Source of the DNA: Hemiscyllium ocellatum
Lineage: Eukaryota
Length of the DNA: 64,000 nt
Direction: 5' to 3'
Assembly: GCF_020745735.1 (NCBI RefSeq)
Contig: NC_083404.1
Span: forward strand, 94,797,731-94,861,730
Position 1 is the stretch's first letter; every line of letters starts with the position of its first letter. The notes under the pieces are model-generated. The model saw only the letters and a list, made by a program, of their open reading frames with translations. It searched no databases and was not told the DNA's origin. The translations under genes were made by a program, and so were the position numbers. Shown here piece after piece: positions 1 to 11,237 of this stretch.

Positions 1-2315
1 AGTTAATTGTCTGAAATGTGCAGTGACTAAGGCACTGCAGCAGTTGAACTTCCATACCAGAGACTGTTTTGGATCTTAGTGATTATCTCCAATGACCTGC
101 TTGTGGATGTGAACAGATTGATCTTCTCATGGATTTGGACAGGAATGATCAAAACATTCAGACCCCTTTCTGCTTTCATTAGGATCAGCACCAGAGGACT
201 TGGAGGCTGTGGGTTTTCATATACCACAGAGGCCATGTTCTGACCCTCAAATCCTACTGGTCTGAAGGAGGTGACTCCTTATCCACTGCATGTGGTTGAA
301 CAGAAAGATCTTTGCCAATATTTCCTGGGGATAAAAGACAGAGAGGGAAGCAAGGATAGCTGCTGTAACTCATTCTATTAAAGCAATCTGCAAATCAGGT
401 GGTTAACATAATGGAGAAAAGTGGTGACTCAGCCAAGAGAAACACACACAAATGTATGACAAACAACCTTACCATTGAAACATACTCCTGGATTTGGATG
501 AATGGTTAAACCTTGCAAAATTTAATGTGTAGCACCAAAGTGTTGCCAGTTGCAAAAACTCCCCATCCTTGAGGAAACAGAGCAGAAAATGCCACTGGTC
601 CATTGCTCACTTGTGATGTTGGTGGTGATATACTTTACATATTTCTCCTTTCTGAGTGGTTGTGTTTTCAGTTGTCTTATTTGTAAGCATTTCCTCCCAA
701 AACTCATTTGCTGTTTTTTCTATCTTTCTTCACTGGGGAACCAATATCCTGGAGGGGAGATTTGCTAGAGCCACTTGGTTTAAAATAGTTTGGCAAAGGC
801 ATGGGATCCAAAGCAGTAGGGAGTTGAAAGAGAAGGTTGAGGACAGTATAGAGGTTAATGAAAGCAAATTAAATAATAAAGGCAGTGTTGATAATCTGAC
901 TACGAGACAGGGCATACATGAGCATGGCAAGGAGCATTGGAAGTCTGGGTTAATCTGCATTTATTTCAATGCAAGTGACCCAACACGTAAGGCAAATGAA
1001 CTTGGGGCACTGTTGAACATATGGGACTGGAATATTATAATTATTAAAGAAACATGGCTGAGGGAGGGTCAGGACTGGCAGCTCAATGTTCCGGGGTACA
1101 GATGCTATTGGACGGTTAGAAGGGGAGGCAAGACAGGAAGGGGAGTTGCGTTTTTGATCATGGAAAACATCATGGTAGCACTGAGAGAAGACATTCTTGA
1201 GGATTTGTCCACTGAGTCTATATGGGTAGAACTGAGAAGTAAAAAGAGGGAGATCACTTTGATAACATTGTACTATAGGCCTCCCAATAGTCAGTAGGAG
1301 ATTGAGGAGCAAATAGGTAAAGAGATTGCAGATAGCCGCAAGAATAACAGGGTTGTAAAGTAGGAGATTTTAACTTTCCTAACATTGACTGGGACTGCCA
1401 TAGTATTAAAGGCTTGGATGGAGAGAAATTTGTTAATTGTATTCAGGAAGAATTTCTCATGTAGTATGTAGTTGACCCTACTAGAGAAGGGGCAAATCTT
1501 GACAAAAATAAGGCAGGGCAAGAGATGGACGTGTTAGTGAGGAAGTACTTTGGAACCAGAGACTATAATTGCATTAGTTTTAAAATAGCTACAGAAAAAG
1601 ACAGGTACGTTCAACAATTTAAAGTTTAAATTGGGCAAAGCCAATTTTGGTGGCCTCAGACAGGGACTTTCAAAGTTGATAGGGGGAGGTTGCTTGCATG
1701 TAAAGGGACAGCTGGTAGGTGGGAGGCTTTGAAAAATAAGTTAATGAGGGTTCAGGCTCCTGTTAGAGTGAAGGGATAAGCTGCCAGGAGTAGGGAACCC
1801 TGGATAACTAGAGCTATTGAAACTCTGGTCAAGAAAAATAAGGAGACATATTACATATATAGGCAGCTGGGATCAAGTGAATTCCTTGAGGAGTATAGAA
1901 GATTTTGTGGATACTTAAGAAAGAAATCGGGAGAGCTAAAAGAGGACACGAGATGGCTTTGGCAGATAAGGCAAAGGGGAACCAAAGAGATTCTGCAAGT
2001 ACATGAAGGGCAAAAGGGTAACTAGGGAGAGAATATGGCCTTTTGAAGATCAACAACTTTGTCTATGTGTGGAGCTGCAAGAGATGGGTGAGATCCTAAA
2101 TAAGTATTTGTCATCAGTATTTACCATCAAGAAAGGTATGGAAGCTAGGGAACTTGGGGAAATAAATAGTGGTGTCTTGAAGAGAGTCTATATTACAGAA
2201 GATGAAGTATTAAAAGCCTTAAAAAGCATTAAGGTAGATGAATTTCCAGGACCTGATGAAGTATATCCCAGTACATTGTGAGAAGCTGGGGAGGTAATTG
2301 CAGGGCCTCTAGCTT

Positions 2316-2612
2316 GATTTAATTTGATGTATTTATTATCACATGTACTTAAGTACATTGAAAAGCTTTGTTTACAAGCAGTACAGGAAGATTATAGTAA
2401 GCAAGGACATACAGATCATAGGGTGAAAGAAGCTTAAACAGAGGTAGGCAGGTTATGTCCCACAGAACATGCACTGGGCAAGATCAACATTAGCAACATC
2501 TGCACTATTTGAAGTTAGAGGGTCCAGTCATCAGTCTAATAACAACTGGGAAAAAGCTGTTCTTAAACTGCTAATGGATGCGTTCAGGCTTCTTTAGCTT
2601 CTGCCTGACAAA
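2316..2612 (-). mobile_element. 3' end fragment of a Rex1/Babar-like LINE inserted into CR1
   Basis: The reverse complement resembles the 3' tail of the Rex1/Babar copy at 36060-38485. The CR1 sequence resumes on both sides. Confidence 0.55.
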
Positions 2613-3680
2613 AATATTTGTATCATTGACAGCCACTTCAGGTGAAGTGCCTGAAGGTGGTTAATGTTGTGCCATTACTTAAGAAGGACTGCAAGGAAAA
2701 GCCTGGTAACTGCAGACTGGTGAGCTTAACATCTGTGATGGGTGAGTTGTTAGAGGTGATTCTGGGAGTCAGGATCTCCAGGTATTTGGAGAGGCAAGGA
2801 GTCATTTGAGATAGTCAGTATGGTTTTGTGCCTGGGAAATCATGTCTCACAAATTTGATTGAGTTTTTTGCAGGGATGATCAAAAACCGAGATGAGGACT
2901 ATGTGGTAGATGTTGTCTTCAAGGTCTTTAACAAGGCCTTTGACAAGATACTACATGGTAGCTTGTTGAGTAAGGTTGAATCTCGCAAGATCCAGAGACA
3001 GTGAGCCAATTAAATCCAGAATTGGCTTGAAAATAGAAGACAGATGGTGGTGGAGGTTGTTTTTCAGACTGAAGGTCTGTGACCTGTTGTGTGCCACAGG
3101 GATTGGTGCTGGGTCCATTGCTATTTGTCATTTATATAAATGATTTGGATGAGAATTTAGGAGGTATGGTTAGTAAATTTGTGGATGATACCAAGATTGG
3201 TAGTATAGTGGATAGTGAAGAATGTTATCCTTGAATTCAGTGAGATCTTGATCAACTGGGTCAGTGGACTGAAGAATGGCAGATGGAGTTTAATTTAGAT
3301 AAATGCAAAGTGTTGCATTTTTGTGGATCAGACAAGGGCAGGACTTGGTCAGGCAATGGTAGGGCCCTGGGGAGTGTTATAGAACAAAGAGATCTAGGGG
3401 TACAGATTCGTAGCTTCTTGGAAGTAGAGTTACAAGTAGACAGGGTAGTGAAGAAGGCTTTTGACATGCCTGTTTTCATCGGTCAGAGCATTCAGTATAA
3501 GATGTCTTGTTACAGCTGTACAAGACATTGGTGAGGCCACATATTAAACTAGGAGGAGTACAGAAAAGATTTACTATGATGCTACCCAGATTGGAAGGTT
3601 TGAGTTATAAAGAGAGGTTGGATAGACTGAGAGGGTACTTATAGAAGTCTATAAATAGGGAGTGGATAATTCACAATTCT

Positions 3681-3984
3681 TTAGATTACTTACAGTGTGG
3701 AAACAGGCCCCTTGGCTTAACAAGTCCACACCAGCCCGCTGAAGCACAATCCACTCAGATCTAGTTCCCCACACTTACCCCCTAACCTAACATTATGGGC
3801 AACTTAGCATGGCCAATTCACCTAACCTGCACATTTTTGGACTGTGGGAGGAAACCCTAGCACGGAGTAAACTCATGCAGACATGGGGAGAACGTGCAAA
3901 CTCCTCACAGACTATTGCCTGAGGCAGGAATTGAACCTGGGTCTCTGGCGCTGCGAGGCAGCAGTGCTAACCACCGTGACACCC
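3681..3984 (-). mobile_element. HE1-type tRNA-derived V-SINE, near full length
   Basis: On the minus strand: GGTTAGCACTGCTGCC head, B-box-like GGTTCAATTCC, V-domain GGAGTTTGCACGTTCTCCCC and CR1-like tail GGGCCTGTTTCCACACTGTAAGTAATCTAA. Confidence 0.9.
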
Positions 3985-4373
3985 ATTAGGTAAGCCAAGA
4001 GATTTTCCCCATGTTAGGGAAGTCTAAAACTAGAGGGCATAGGTTTAAGGTGAGAGTTAAAAGATAAAGTAGGTCCAGAGGAGCAATTTTACAGAGTGGT
4101 TAGTGTCTGAATGGCCATCTGCTTTTATATTTCCTCTAGTTAGGTATTAAAAATATTTTGATAAAGCACCTTGTTAAGGATAATTCGCTTAGTCAACGGG
4201 GTTTTTAATGCAAGTTATTGTGGTTGTAGTAAGGGTGGCAACGATTCCAGCAGAAGTCTTCTATCAGTTTTGAACTCCTTGCCACTAAAAGAGAAACTTA
4301 TATCGTGTGCTTTCCAGAAGTAGGTAGACGTCAGTACTGGAGCGCAGGCTGTGGGGATGAGCCAACTGCAGAC

Positions 4374-4541
4374 AGATTAGATTAGATTAGATTACTTACA
4401 GTGTGGAAACAGGCCCTTCGGCCCAACAAGTCCACACCGACCCGCCGAAGCGCAACCCACCCATACCCCTACATATACCCCTTACCTAACACTACGGGGA
4501 ATTTAGCATGGCCAATTCACCTGACCCGCACATCTTTGGAC
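4374..4541 (-). mobile_element. 5'-truncated HE1 SINE with (AATCT)n tail
   Basis: (GATTA)4 followed by CTTACAGTGTGGAAACAGGCCCTTCGGCCCAAC, matching the other HE1 copies. Confidence 0.88.
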
Positions 4542-5229
4542 AGGTTTTGACAAAATGCCTATCATAGTTATCCTGTATCTTCAGCATATGATACTGGGGG
4601 CGAAGAATTAATAGACTAATTGTCCCAGACACTAGATGATTTAAGTAACTGCTTTGTTCGGAACGTGATTGTGGCAAGGGACTTCCAGAAAGTCATCAGA
4701 AATCCTTTCCGGATGTCCTCAAAGACGTGAAACTTTCTCATGGTAGTCCCTTGCTTGTCGGAGAACTAAAATGCAGGCGGGAGGCATTGGAGAGAGAGCA
4801 CATAAATCTCCCAACACCTAATCTGCTCGACCCTTCAGGCACAACTAGAAAAGGCACACTGGACTGGAAACGTTCACTGAGTTTCTCTCCACAGAAATGC
4901 CGGACCTGAGGCACTCTTGTGTTTTCATTTCAGAAAACCCCCGGCATTTCGCTTTTGTTTCTCGAACAGGCGATACCGCCTGAGGATGTTTGTGGGCGGG
5001 GCCTGACCACCGTTTACTCCGTGCATTTACAGAGGCGCAGTTGGGCCGGCTCCTGCAGCACGGACACGCTACTATCGCGGCTGCGGGGGGCTGCCCTCAC
5101 AGTGACTGCGTGCGTCGCTGGACAACACGCGCTAGGAGCACCGCCCTCACGTGCGCGTGGCACGGACCGACGGGGCGGTGCGGGTGCGTACGCGCACTCA
5201 CGAGGTGTGGGTGCCGCGCGCTCAGGCGG

Positions 5230-5355
5230 TGACGGTGCCGCGCCGGAGATGGGGATTGGCGAGCGGGGCTGCGCGCCGGAGCCGAGAGACGGGGAGTGAA
5301 GGGGAGTCGGAGCGGCAGGGCCAGGGCCAGGGAGGAGGAGGAGGCCTTTAAACAG
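5230..5355 (+). other. Probable non-coding first exon (start approximate)
   Basis: Ends in the strong donor CAG|GTGAGC at 5355/5356 inside the CpG island. No ATG-initiated frame runs open into the donor. Confidence 0.55.
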
Positions 5356-5383
5356 GTGAGCGGCGCAGGCCCCGGGCAGCCGG

Positions 5384-5398
5384 GTTGCCAATGGTGAC
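5384..5398 (-). promoter_or_regulatory. RFX X-box-like motif
   Basis: GTTGCCAATGGTGAC reads GTCACC-ATT-GGCAAC on the minus strand, fitting GTNRCC(N0-3)RGYAAC. Confidence 0.5.
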
Positions 5399-5482
5399 CG
5401 TTTGCCTGTGTCTGCGGTTTGGATGTTGTTCTCCTTTGGCCCACTCCTCGGTCGGTCTCGGTTCTTGCCGGAGTTGTCAGTG

Positions 5483-5632
5483 ATGGAGATGGAGGAGGCT
5501 GCGAGCCGGGCCCTGCCTCCCCTTCTCTCAGGGCAGGCGGCGGCGACGGCGGAGGAGGAGGAGGAGGAGGAGGAGGAGGAGGAGGAGGAGGAGGAGGAGG
5601 AGGCCGAGGCCCGGACCCCTGAGCCTGAGGAG
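5483..5632 (+). CDS. Probable first coding exon with acidic poly-Glu N-terminus (MEMEEAASRALPPLLSGQAAATA-E17-AEARTPEPEE), gene unidentified
   Basis: A pyrimidine-rich stretch ends in TTGTCAG| at 5480. The ATG at 5483 is in good Kozak context (GTG ATG G), followed by 50 open codons to a possible weak phase-0 donor GAG|GTACCC at 5632/5633. Confidence 0.5.
5552..5602 (+). repeat. Pure (GAG)17 trinucleotide microsatellite
   Basis: 51 nt of uninterrupted GAG repeats. Confidence 0.97.
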
Positions 5633-7189
5633 GTACCCCTGGCCAAGGCCTGGGGGCACGGCGTCTGGGGAGGGGGAGAGAGAACATGGAGCTAGCTGCT
5701 GATCCGGCTTTCCAGCCGACACACTCAATCCGGATGTGCAGAATAGATATGTTGTATTAATTTAAAACTTATTGTCAAAGGAGTGGACATTTGCAGCGTG
5801 CTATCCCTCTCCGGGACTGTTTGTTTTCTTTAAAATTGCTGATACATGGATGAGAGTTGGCCTGGGCCAGCTGGGTTTAGTATGTGTTTGGGACTCGAAT
5901 GGACCCTTGTCTGGTCTCTGTCTTCGCGTCGGGAGGATGAGATGGTTTGTGGGGGTGGGTGGTGGTTGTTTATGAGAAAGGACCATTGCAATTCCAAATG
6001 CATGCTGCCCTCCTGGCAATCACAAAGTATCCCTGACCATGACGAAGCAGCAGCACGTCTTAATACTTGTACACAAGCGCTTTTGGCCAAAATCTTTCTC
6101 GGTCTTCGTGCTGTTGGGCATTACGGTCCAGGGCATCCGATGTGATCGGAGAGAGAAAACGGCGTTTGCAAGTTTTACCATTTGACGAAATGCATTTTTC
6201 TCGGGGTGTTTTTAAAATGTTTTCTGGATTCCTGTCAGCTGTAGTTGTCTCCCCGCCCGCCCCTTGCTTACAAGGTCCAAGATCCCGAGAATTCCTTGGT
6301 TCCTCTGCCTCTGCTGACAGAAGTAGAATATTGCAGCATCTTATTACTGGGCTGTTTTGGAGGCCTGGTACTATTTGCGAATGTACAGCCCGATGAGCTG
6401 TTTACCGCTTTATAATTACTGTGTATAGATGGATTTTTAAACCTCCCATATGAAAAGGAAAATTATAGCTGTCGTGGTGCACTGTCCTTGCCCAAATAAC
6501 AGCTGCCACAATCCAGGAAAGCCCTGTATATCAACTGAATTTACAGATATGTACGTTTTAAAAGAAAAAAAGTGTGTTTTCTGTAAAATCAAAGAAATCA
6601 TAACATCAAATTTAATCATAATTGCTACAGGAAGATGTGTGTTGAGTGCAAAGTCCCCGTTTCTGTTGTATTAAATAATGCATTAGTTTACTGTTTGGTT
6701 TGTTTATGACTTATACAAAGGTTATTGGTTGTCAGCATTCAAATTAATGTCTAAAATAGACTTTGTAGTTGAAACTGTTTCTTACATTGCAAATCTTGCA
6801 TTCTGTTCATGCTAAGCATTTATGTTGAGAGCTTTTTTCAACAAAAACTTGACTTGTGTCAAGCCTGATACTTATATTTATATTGAATGCTTGATTTTCA
6901 TACACAGCCTGTGAAGTTTAGTTTGCTGAGGCCACCTAGACAATTACTTTTAAGTTGCAGATGTTTGCGAAATCACCTCATCTTGATAGCTAGTCCGTTT
7001 GTACTACTGTATCGGACTGCATGAGCCCTTGGTTTGACCAGTGACAGAGTAAAGCTTTTTCAGTTACTGCACTTGGAGTTGTTGCATTTATGGGCTTGCA
7101 TATTTGATTTTCCTATAAATCAGAAAAGGGTCAAAAGAAATACAAGAATACCTTTTCAAAAAAACTCTTGTGGTTTGACATCAGTTTAG

Positions 7190-8170
7190 CTTGATTTTTA
7201 AAGTGTCATTCAAGAAGTGGGCAGTGGATAAAGCAGGGAATTACAGGCCAGTCATTCTAACTTCAGTAGTGGGGAGAGTATTGGAAGCAGTTCTGAAGTA
7301 CATCATTAATCTGCCTTTGGAGAGACAAGAATTCACCAAGAATAGTCAGTGTGGCATTGTTAAGAGGAGGTCATGTCTGTCCAATTTAATTGAATTTTTC
7401 AAAGAGGTGACTAGGTATGTAGATGAGGGCAATGCATTGGATGTGATCGATTGAAAGTAAGGCCTCATATGGGAGATTGATAGCAAAGGTTGACCGGGGA
7501 AAGCCTATGAGATCAAAGGAAATTTGGCTAATTGAATCCAGAATTGTCTGAATGATAGGGAGCAAAGGCTCATGAGTGAGAGGCGACTGGAAGCCCGTAT
7601 CTATTCTGCGTACTTCAGTATTGTGGCTCTTGCTGTTTGTAGTATATATAATAATTGGTTTAGACTTGAATGTAGGAGGGTTGAGCAGCAAGTTCACAGT
7701 ACAAAAATTGGTGAGGTGGTAAATTAGAGAGTTGGACAGCCTTAGATTACAGGGGATATCAATGAGCTGAACAGTGGCAAATCCAGATAAGCGTGAGGTG
7801 ATGCACTTGGTCAGGGAAACCCAACAAGGGATTACGTGATGAATGGGTTGGACCCCGGAAAGTACTGAGGATCAGAGGGAGCCTGGTGTGCATCTCCACT
7901 GGTCCATTGAGGTAGCGGGACAGGTAGACAAAGTGGTTAAGAAGTATATGGATACTTGCCATTATTATTGAGACTTTTAAAATTGAGGGGCATAATCCAG
8001 GTAGACGTGAAGTTTCTTCATTTAATTAGTTGTTTATCTTTGGAATCTACTAATTCAGAGTTTTGGAGATTTGGCTGTTGAATACATTTAAGGCAAAGGT
8101 TGTTATAATTTAGGGTACTGAGGGAAACAAGAGAGATCATGTGGAAAAGTAGAGTTTTGGTGGAACAGCA
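7190..8170 (+). mobile_element. CR1 RT fragment, degraded
   Basis: GNYRPVILTSVVGRVLE, SQCGIVKRRSCLSNLIEFF and DEGNALDVI motifs. Confidence 0.85.
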
Positions 8171-8176
8171 GAATTT

Positions 8177-8490
8177 TTCTTATTCATTCATGTGATGGAG
8201 GTGTTGTTGGCTGGGCCAATATTTATTGTTCATCCCTCGTGGCCCTTGAAGGTGGTGGTGAGCTACCACCTTGTACCAATGAATAATTTGTGCTGTTGGT
8301 TGACTCAAAGTGCTGTTAGGGAGTTCCAGGATTTTGACCCAATGACACTGAAGGAACAGCAATATATTTGCAAGTCAGGACGGTAAATGGCTTGGAGGAA
8401 AAGTTGCAGGTGCTGGTATTCCCATGTATCTGTTCTCCCTGTCCTAATGGTAATGGTCATGGGTTTGGAAGGAGCTGTCTAAGGAATTTG
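8177..8490 (-). mobile_element. 3' end of an old non-LTR family ('LINE-B', CR1/L2 superclade; subfamily not determined)
   Basis: Tail reads ...AATAAATATTGGCCCAGCC...ATGAATGAATAA on the minus strand. Related pieces lie at ~40855-42760, 51040-51750, 52360-52480, 56570-56990 and 62590-62770. Confidence 0.6.
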
Positions 8491-9159
8491 GTGAAGTTAT
8501 TAATTGCAGAACAGGTTCGAAGGATCGAATTGCCTCCTTCAGTTCCTGTTTCTTGTATCTTAGATAAAATGGGCGTATTTTGGCACCCTGACATCACACA
8601 CAAATGTATGAAGGCAAGAAGGCCAGGGAAGTCTTTATTTTTACAATCGTGCTGAGGGCAGTCATATTGATTACTGAAGATGTCATTAAGGAAAAGCACA
8701 AAACTAAAAATCTGAAACAAGAATTGTTGGGTATTTATTGAAGGCAATAATACAAATGAGTACTTTGACATAAACTTATCATTTTTTGTTTAATTTTCTG
8801 ACTTGAAATGTCACTTGAAATGTGCTGGAAACTTGACGATGGAGAGAGAATAGCACCTCTGAATTAACAGGAACAAAGGAAGCTTGTAAAACAAATGTCA
8901 GGGAGAGAAAGTTGGTGTTTTTTGGTGTTGTATCATGCTTCTCCTCTTGGTTGGCTGCTATGTGAGAAATTAATTTAGGTATCACCTTGTCAAAAAATGG
9001 TTCATACCATTAGGAAATCGGGGGTGGGAAAGCAATAGTTACAAAAATGGAAAACAAAATTATAGTAACACAATATGTGTTTATCTTCAACATTTTAATT
9101 TTTATAGTGTGTATCTTATGAAGAATATCTTGCACTCTATTGAGAGACTGTTTACAGTA

Positions 9160-9360
9160 TAGAAGTTAAATTGTCATAGTCTTAGAGGACCATAAAGCTG
9201 CTCTGTTAGCAGAGAGTTGACTGGTGATAGTTTAACCTGAGGGTCACCATGCCTCTGGTGAGGTTGAGAAGGGGAAGCTTTCATGTTATCTCATCCAATA
9301 CAGAAATTGAAGCTGCTCTGCATTGCAAACTAGCCATCCAGCCAACTGAGTAATCAGCAC
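9160..9360 (-). mobile_element. tRNA-derived SINE (family C)
   Basis: The reverse complement matches copies at 53268-53435 (+54131-54172) and 54175-54355: CAGTTGGCTGGATGGCTAGTTTG head, GGTGACCCTCAGGTTAAAC core, ATGGTCCTCT tail. Confidence 0.7.
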
Positions 9361-9606
9361 CTGGTTATATATGTGAAAACAATAGTTGAATTTTAATGTT
9401 TTCCATGCAGTGTTAATGCATCATTTTGCAGCTCTGCTGAGATGAATCCGAAAAGTGATAACACTCATTTGTGAAAGCCCAGTTGTAAAGACGTAAAAAA
9501 TTGACACTAATGTGTCAAAAAAACTATTGGAAAAAGGCCTGAAATTGGATATTTGGAATTATTTTCTTTAAAGTGATTTTATTTTGTCTTCACCTTTGCA
9601 GCAGTG

Positions 9607-9820
9607 CAAGTCATTCTGCTATAACGAGCGCTTTGTTAATGCGAATTCACTATGACGCGATTGACGAATTGGAAACACTTTCTAAAGTACGAACCTTTTA
9701 AAACGTATTTTGGATGTGATTCCCGCCCTATTAGTTTAAATGGTACCACTATTATGCAATTTCTGTATAACATGGGGTTGCATGAGAACGGAACTACCTC
9801 TTATAGCAGAACTGACTTTG
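9607..9820. mobile_element. Tc1/mariner (Tigger-like) MITE
   Basis: Terminal inverted repeats AAGTCATTCTGCTATAA (9608-9624) and TTATAGCAGAACTGACTT (9801-9818), with TA to the right. Confidence 0.7.
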
Positions 9821-10547
9821 TAATCAAATTGATCAACCAGATGTTGCTTTGTGGTAGATGTTATTTATTTGGAAAAGGCATTGTAAAAGCAATTGCTATT
9901 AGATCAGCCGCACCAAGTGCCCTGCTAGCTCAACTGAATAGTGTCTATTCAAACACCAATTTATCAATTGGAAAAACACCAGCTTTTGGTGCAGAATGTT
10001 TTAGCTTATCTAAAACAGGAGCCAGGTAAATGGGCTATATTTCCTACCATAAACAAAACTTCTTTCCATCAAATATTTGCGAGAAATATTGTTTTCTTCT
10101 ATGGGAAGGACCTAATGTATCAATAATTTGATATAAGCATAGATTTAAGATTTCATTTTTCACAAACCACCATGAATAACAGTTCCATGTTTTTCCAATT
10201 GGACTTGCATGTAATTTATTCAACAACAATTACTTGGTTTCTGATCTTTTGAATTGACCTTGGTAGGACAAGGGATATTATTGTTGTAAGATTAGGGTTT
10301 AAAAATTAACATTAGGAGAAAATATCCTGCAGAGGAGGGAGAATAGTAATTGGTTGTCATTTATTACCAATACCTTTTTTAAAATACTTTATTTCTTGAT
10401 TTGCCCTCACTTTACTTTTGGATGGTGCTTTATCGTGATGAAATTTCTCCAAATATTTTACAAATAATTTCTGTATTCTTGTTTGGAGTAAAATGTGTGA
10501 ATTTATCTTTATTCTAGTGGACCCGATGCAAGTTGTATAAATACTAA

Positions 10548-11237
10548 TAATTCCAGAGCTTAATTACAAAAAAATCCAGATCTCAATAAGCAATTGTGTC
10601 ACTACTGCTGAGCCAGGAGATCCAGGTTCAAGTCTCTCCTGCTCCAGAAGTGTGTATTAACGTCTCTGAACACGTTGCTTTAAAAAAATCTTAATTCTGG
10701 ATCTTAGTGCCCTGGTGATATGGTAGTGTCCCTAACTCTGGACCCAAAGCCTGGGTTCATATCTGCTTCAGAAGTGTGTAATGACCTCTCTGGTTGATTA
10801 TACTTATGAGTTAACATAAGAGGATTCAGAAAGTGAGTAGAAGAGTGAGATTAGACTGCTTGCTGCAAGGGGAAATCGAACAGGAACAAATTTGAAGGGC
10901 AGAATGGTCTGTTTCTGTATTGTAACGTTGATAACTGCCAAAAAGGTTAAAGTTATAATAATATCATTAATTCCAGATCTTCAAGGCTCTTGTAGTGCAG
11001 TAGTGATGTCCCAATCTCTAGAGCACAAAGTCTGGGTTTAAATCCCACCTGTTCCAGAAGTATGTAATAACAATTCTGAACAGCTAGATTAGAAAATATT
11101 TAATTCCAGACCTCTGGTTTCTTGTGGCGCAATGGTAGTACCTCTGCTTTTGGGCCAGAAGATCCAGTTTCAAGTTCTGCTGTCAGAGGTATGGTATCAC
11201 ATGTCTGTATGGGTTAATTTAAAAATCTTCCAGATCT
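10548..11237 (+). repeat. Array of four ~110-130 bp tRNA-derived SINE-like units delimited by TAATTCCAGATCT-like motifs, with a CR1 3' tail at ~10810-10930
   Basis: Motif copies at 10548, 10573, 10692, 10968, 11101 and 11226. Units share TGGTAGTGTCCC...GGTTCAAGTC...CCAGAAGTGTGTAATAAC...TCTGAA. Confidence 0.75.

Larger units (their letters stand above)
735..4110 (+). mobile_element. CR1-clade LINE, degraded (end of ORF1, ORF2 APE endonuclease and RT), interrupted by Rex1/Babar and HE1 insertions
   Basis: ORF 656-1297 contains APE motifs (CIYFNA, ETWL...DWQLNVPGYRC, ESIWVEL, YYRPPNS). Downstream pieces encode PGPD, GVPQG-like/GPLLFVIYINDL, KFVDDTK and QMEFNLDKCKVLHF, with many stops and frameshifts. 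Confidence 0.9.
4950..5720. promoter_or_regulatory. CpG island / promoter of an unidentified + strand gene
   Basis: This is the only GC- and CpG-rich stretch in a CpG-depleted window. It contains a GC box GGGCGGGGC (4994-5002), E-box CACGTG (5148-5153), NRF1-like TGCGTACGCGCA (5185-5196) and an X-box-like site (5384-5398). Confidence 0.9.

Noticed and set aside
656-1297. Functional endonuclease or RT genes (also 33035-33508, 19983-20498, 37252-37590)
   Set aside because: All are fragments of TE ORFs broken by stops and frameshifts.
5014-5728. Minus-strand poly-Ser/Pro/Leu ORFs and plus-strand poly-Gly ORF
   Set aside because: These are alternative frames of the GC-rich island and GAG repeat. 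Splice and Kozak signals favour the poly-Glu frame on +.
9652-10029. 125-aa ORF
   Set aside because: It starts inside a MITE and runs into AT-rich sequence with no recognisable domain.
10548-11237. CRISPR array
   Set aside because: The context is eukaryotic, the repeat is short and degenerate, the spacers are mutually homologous and over 100 bp, and there are no cas genes.
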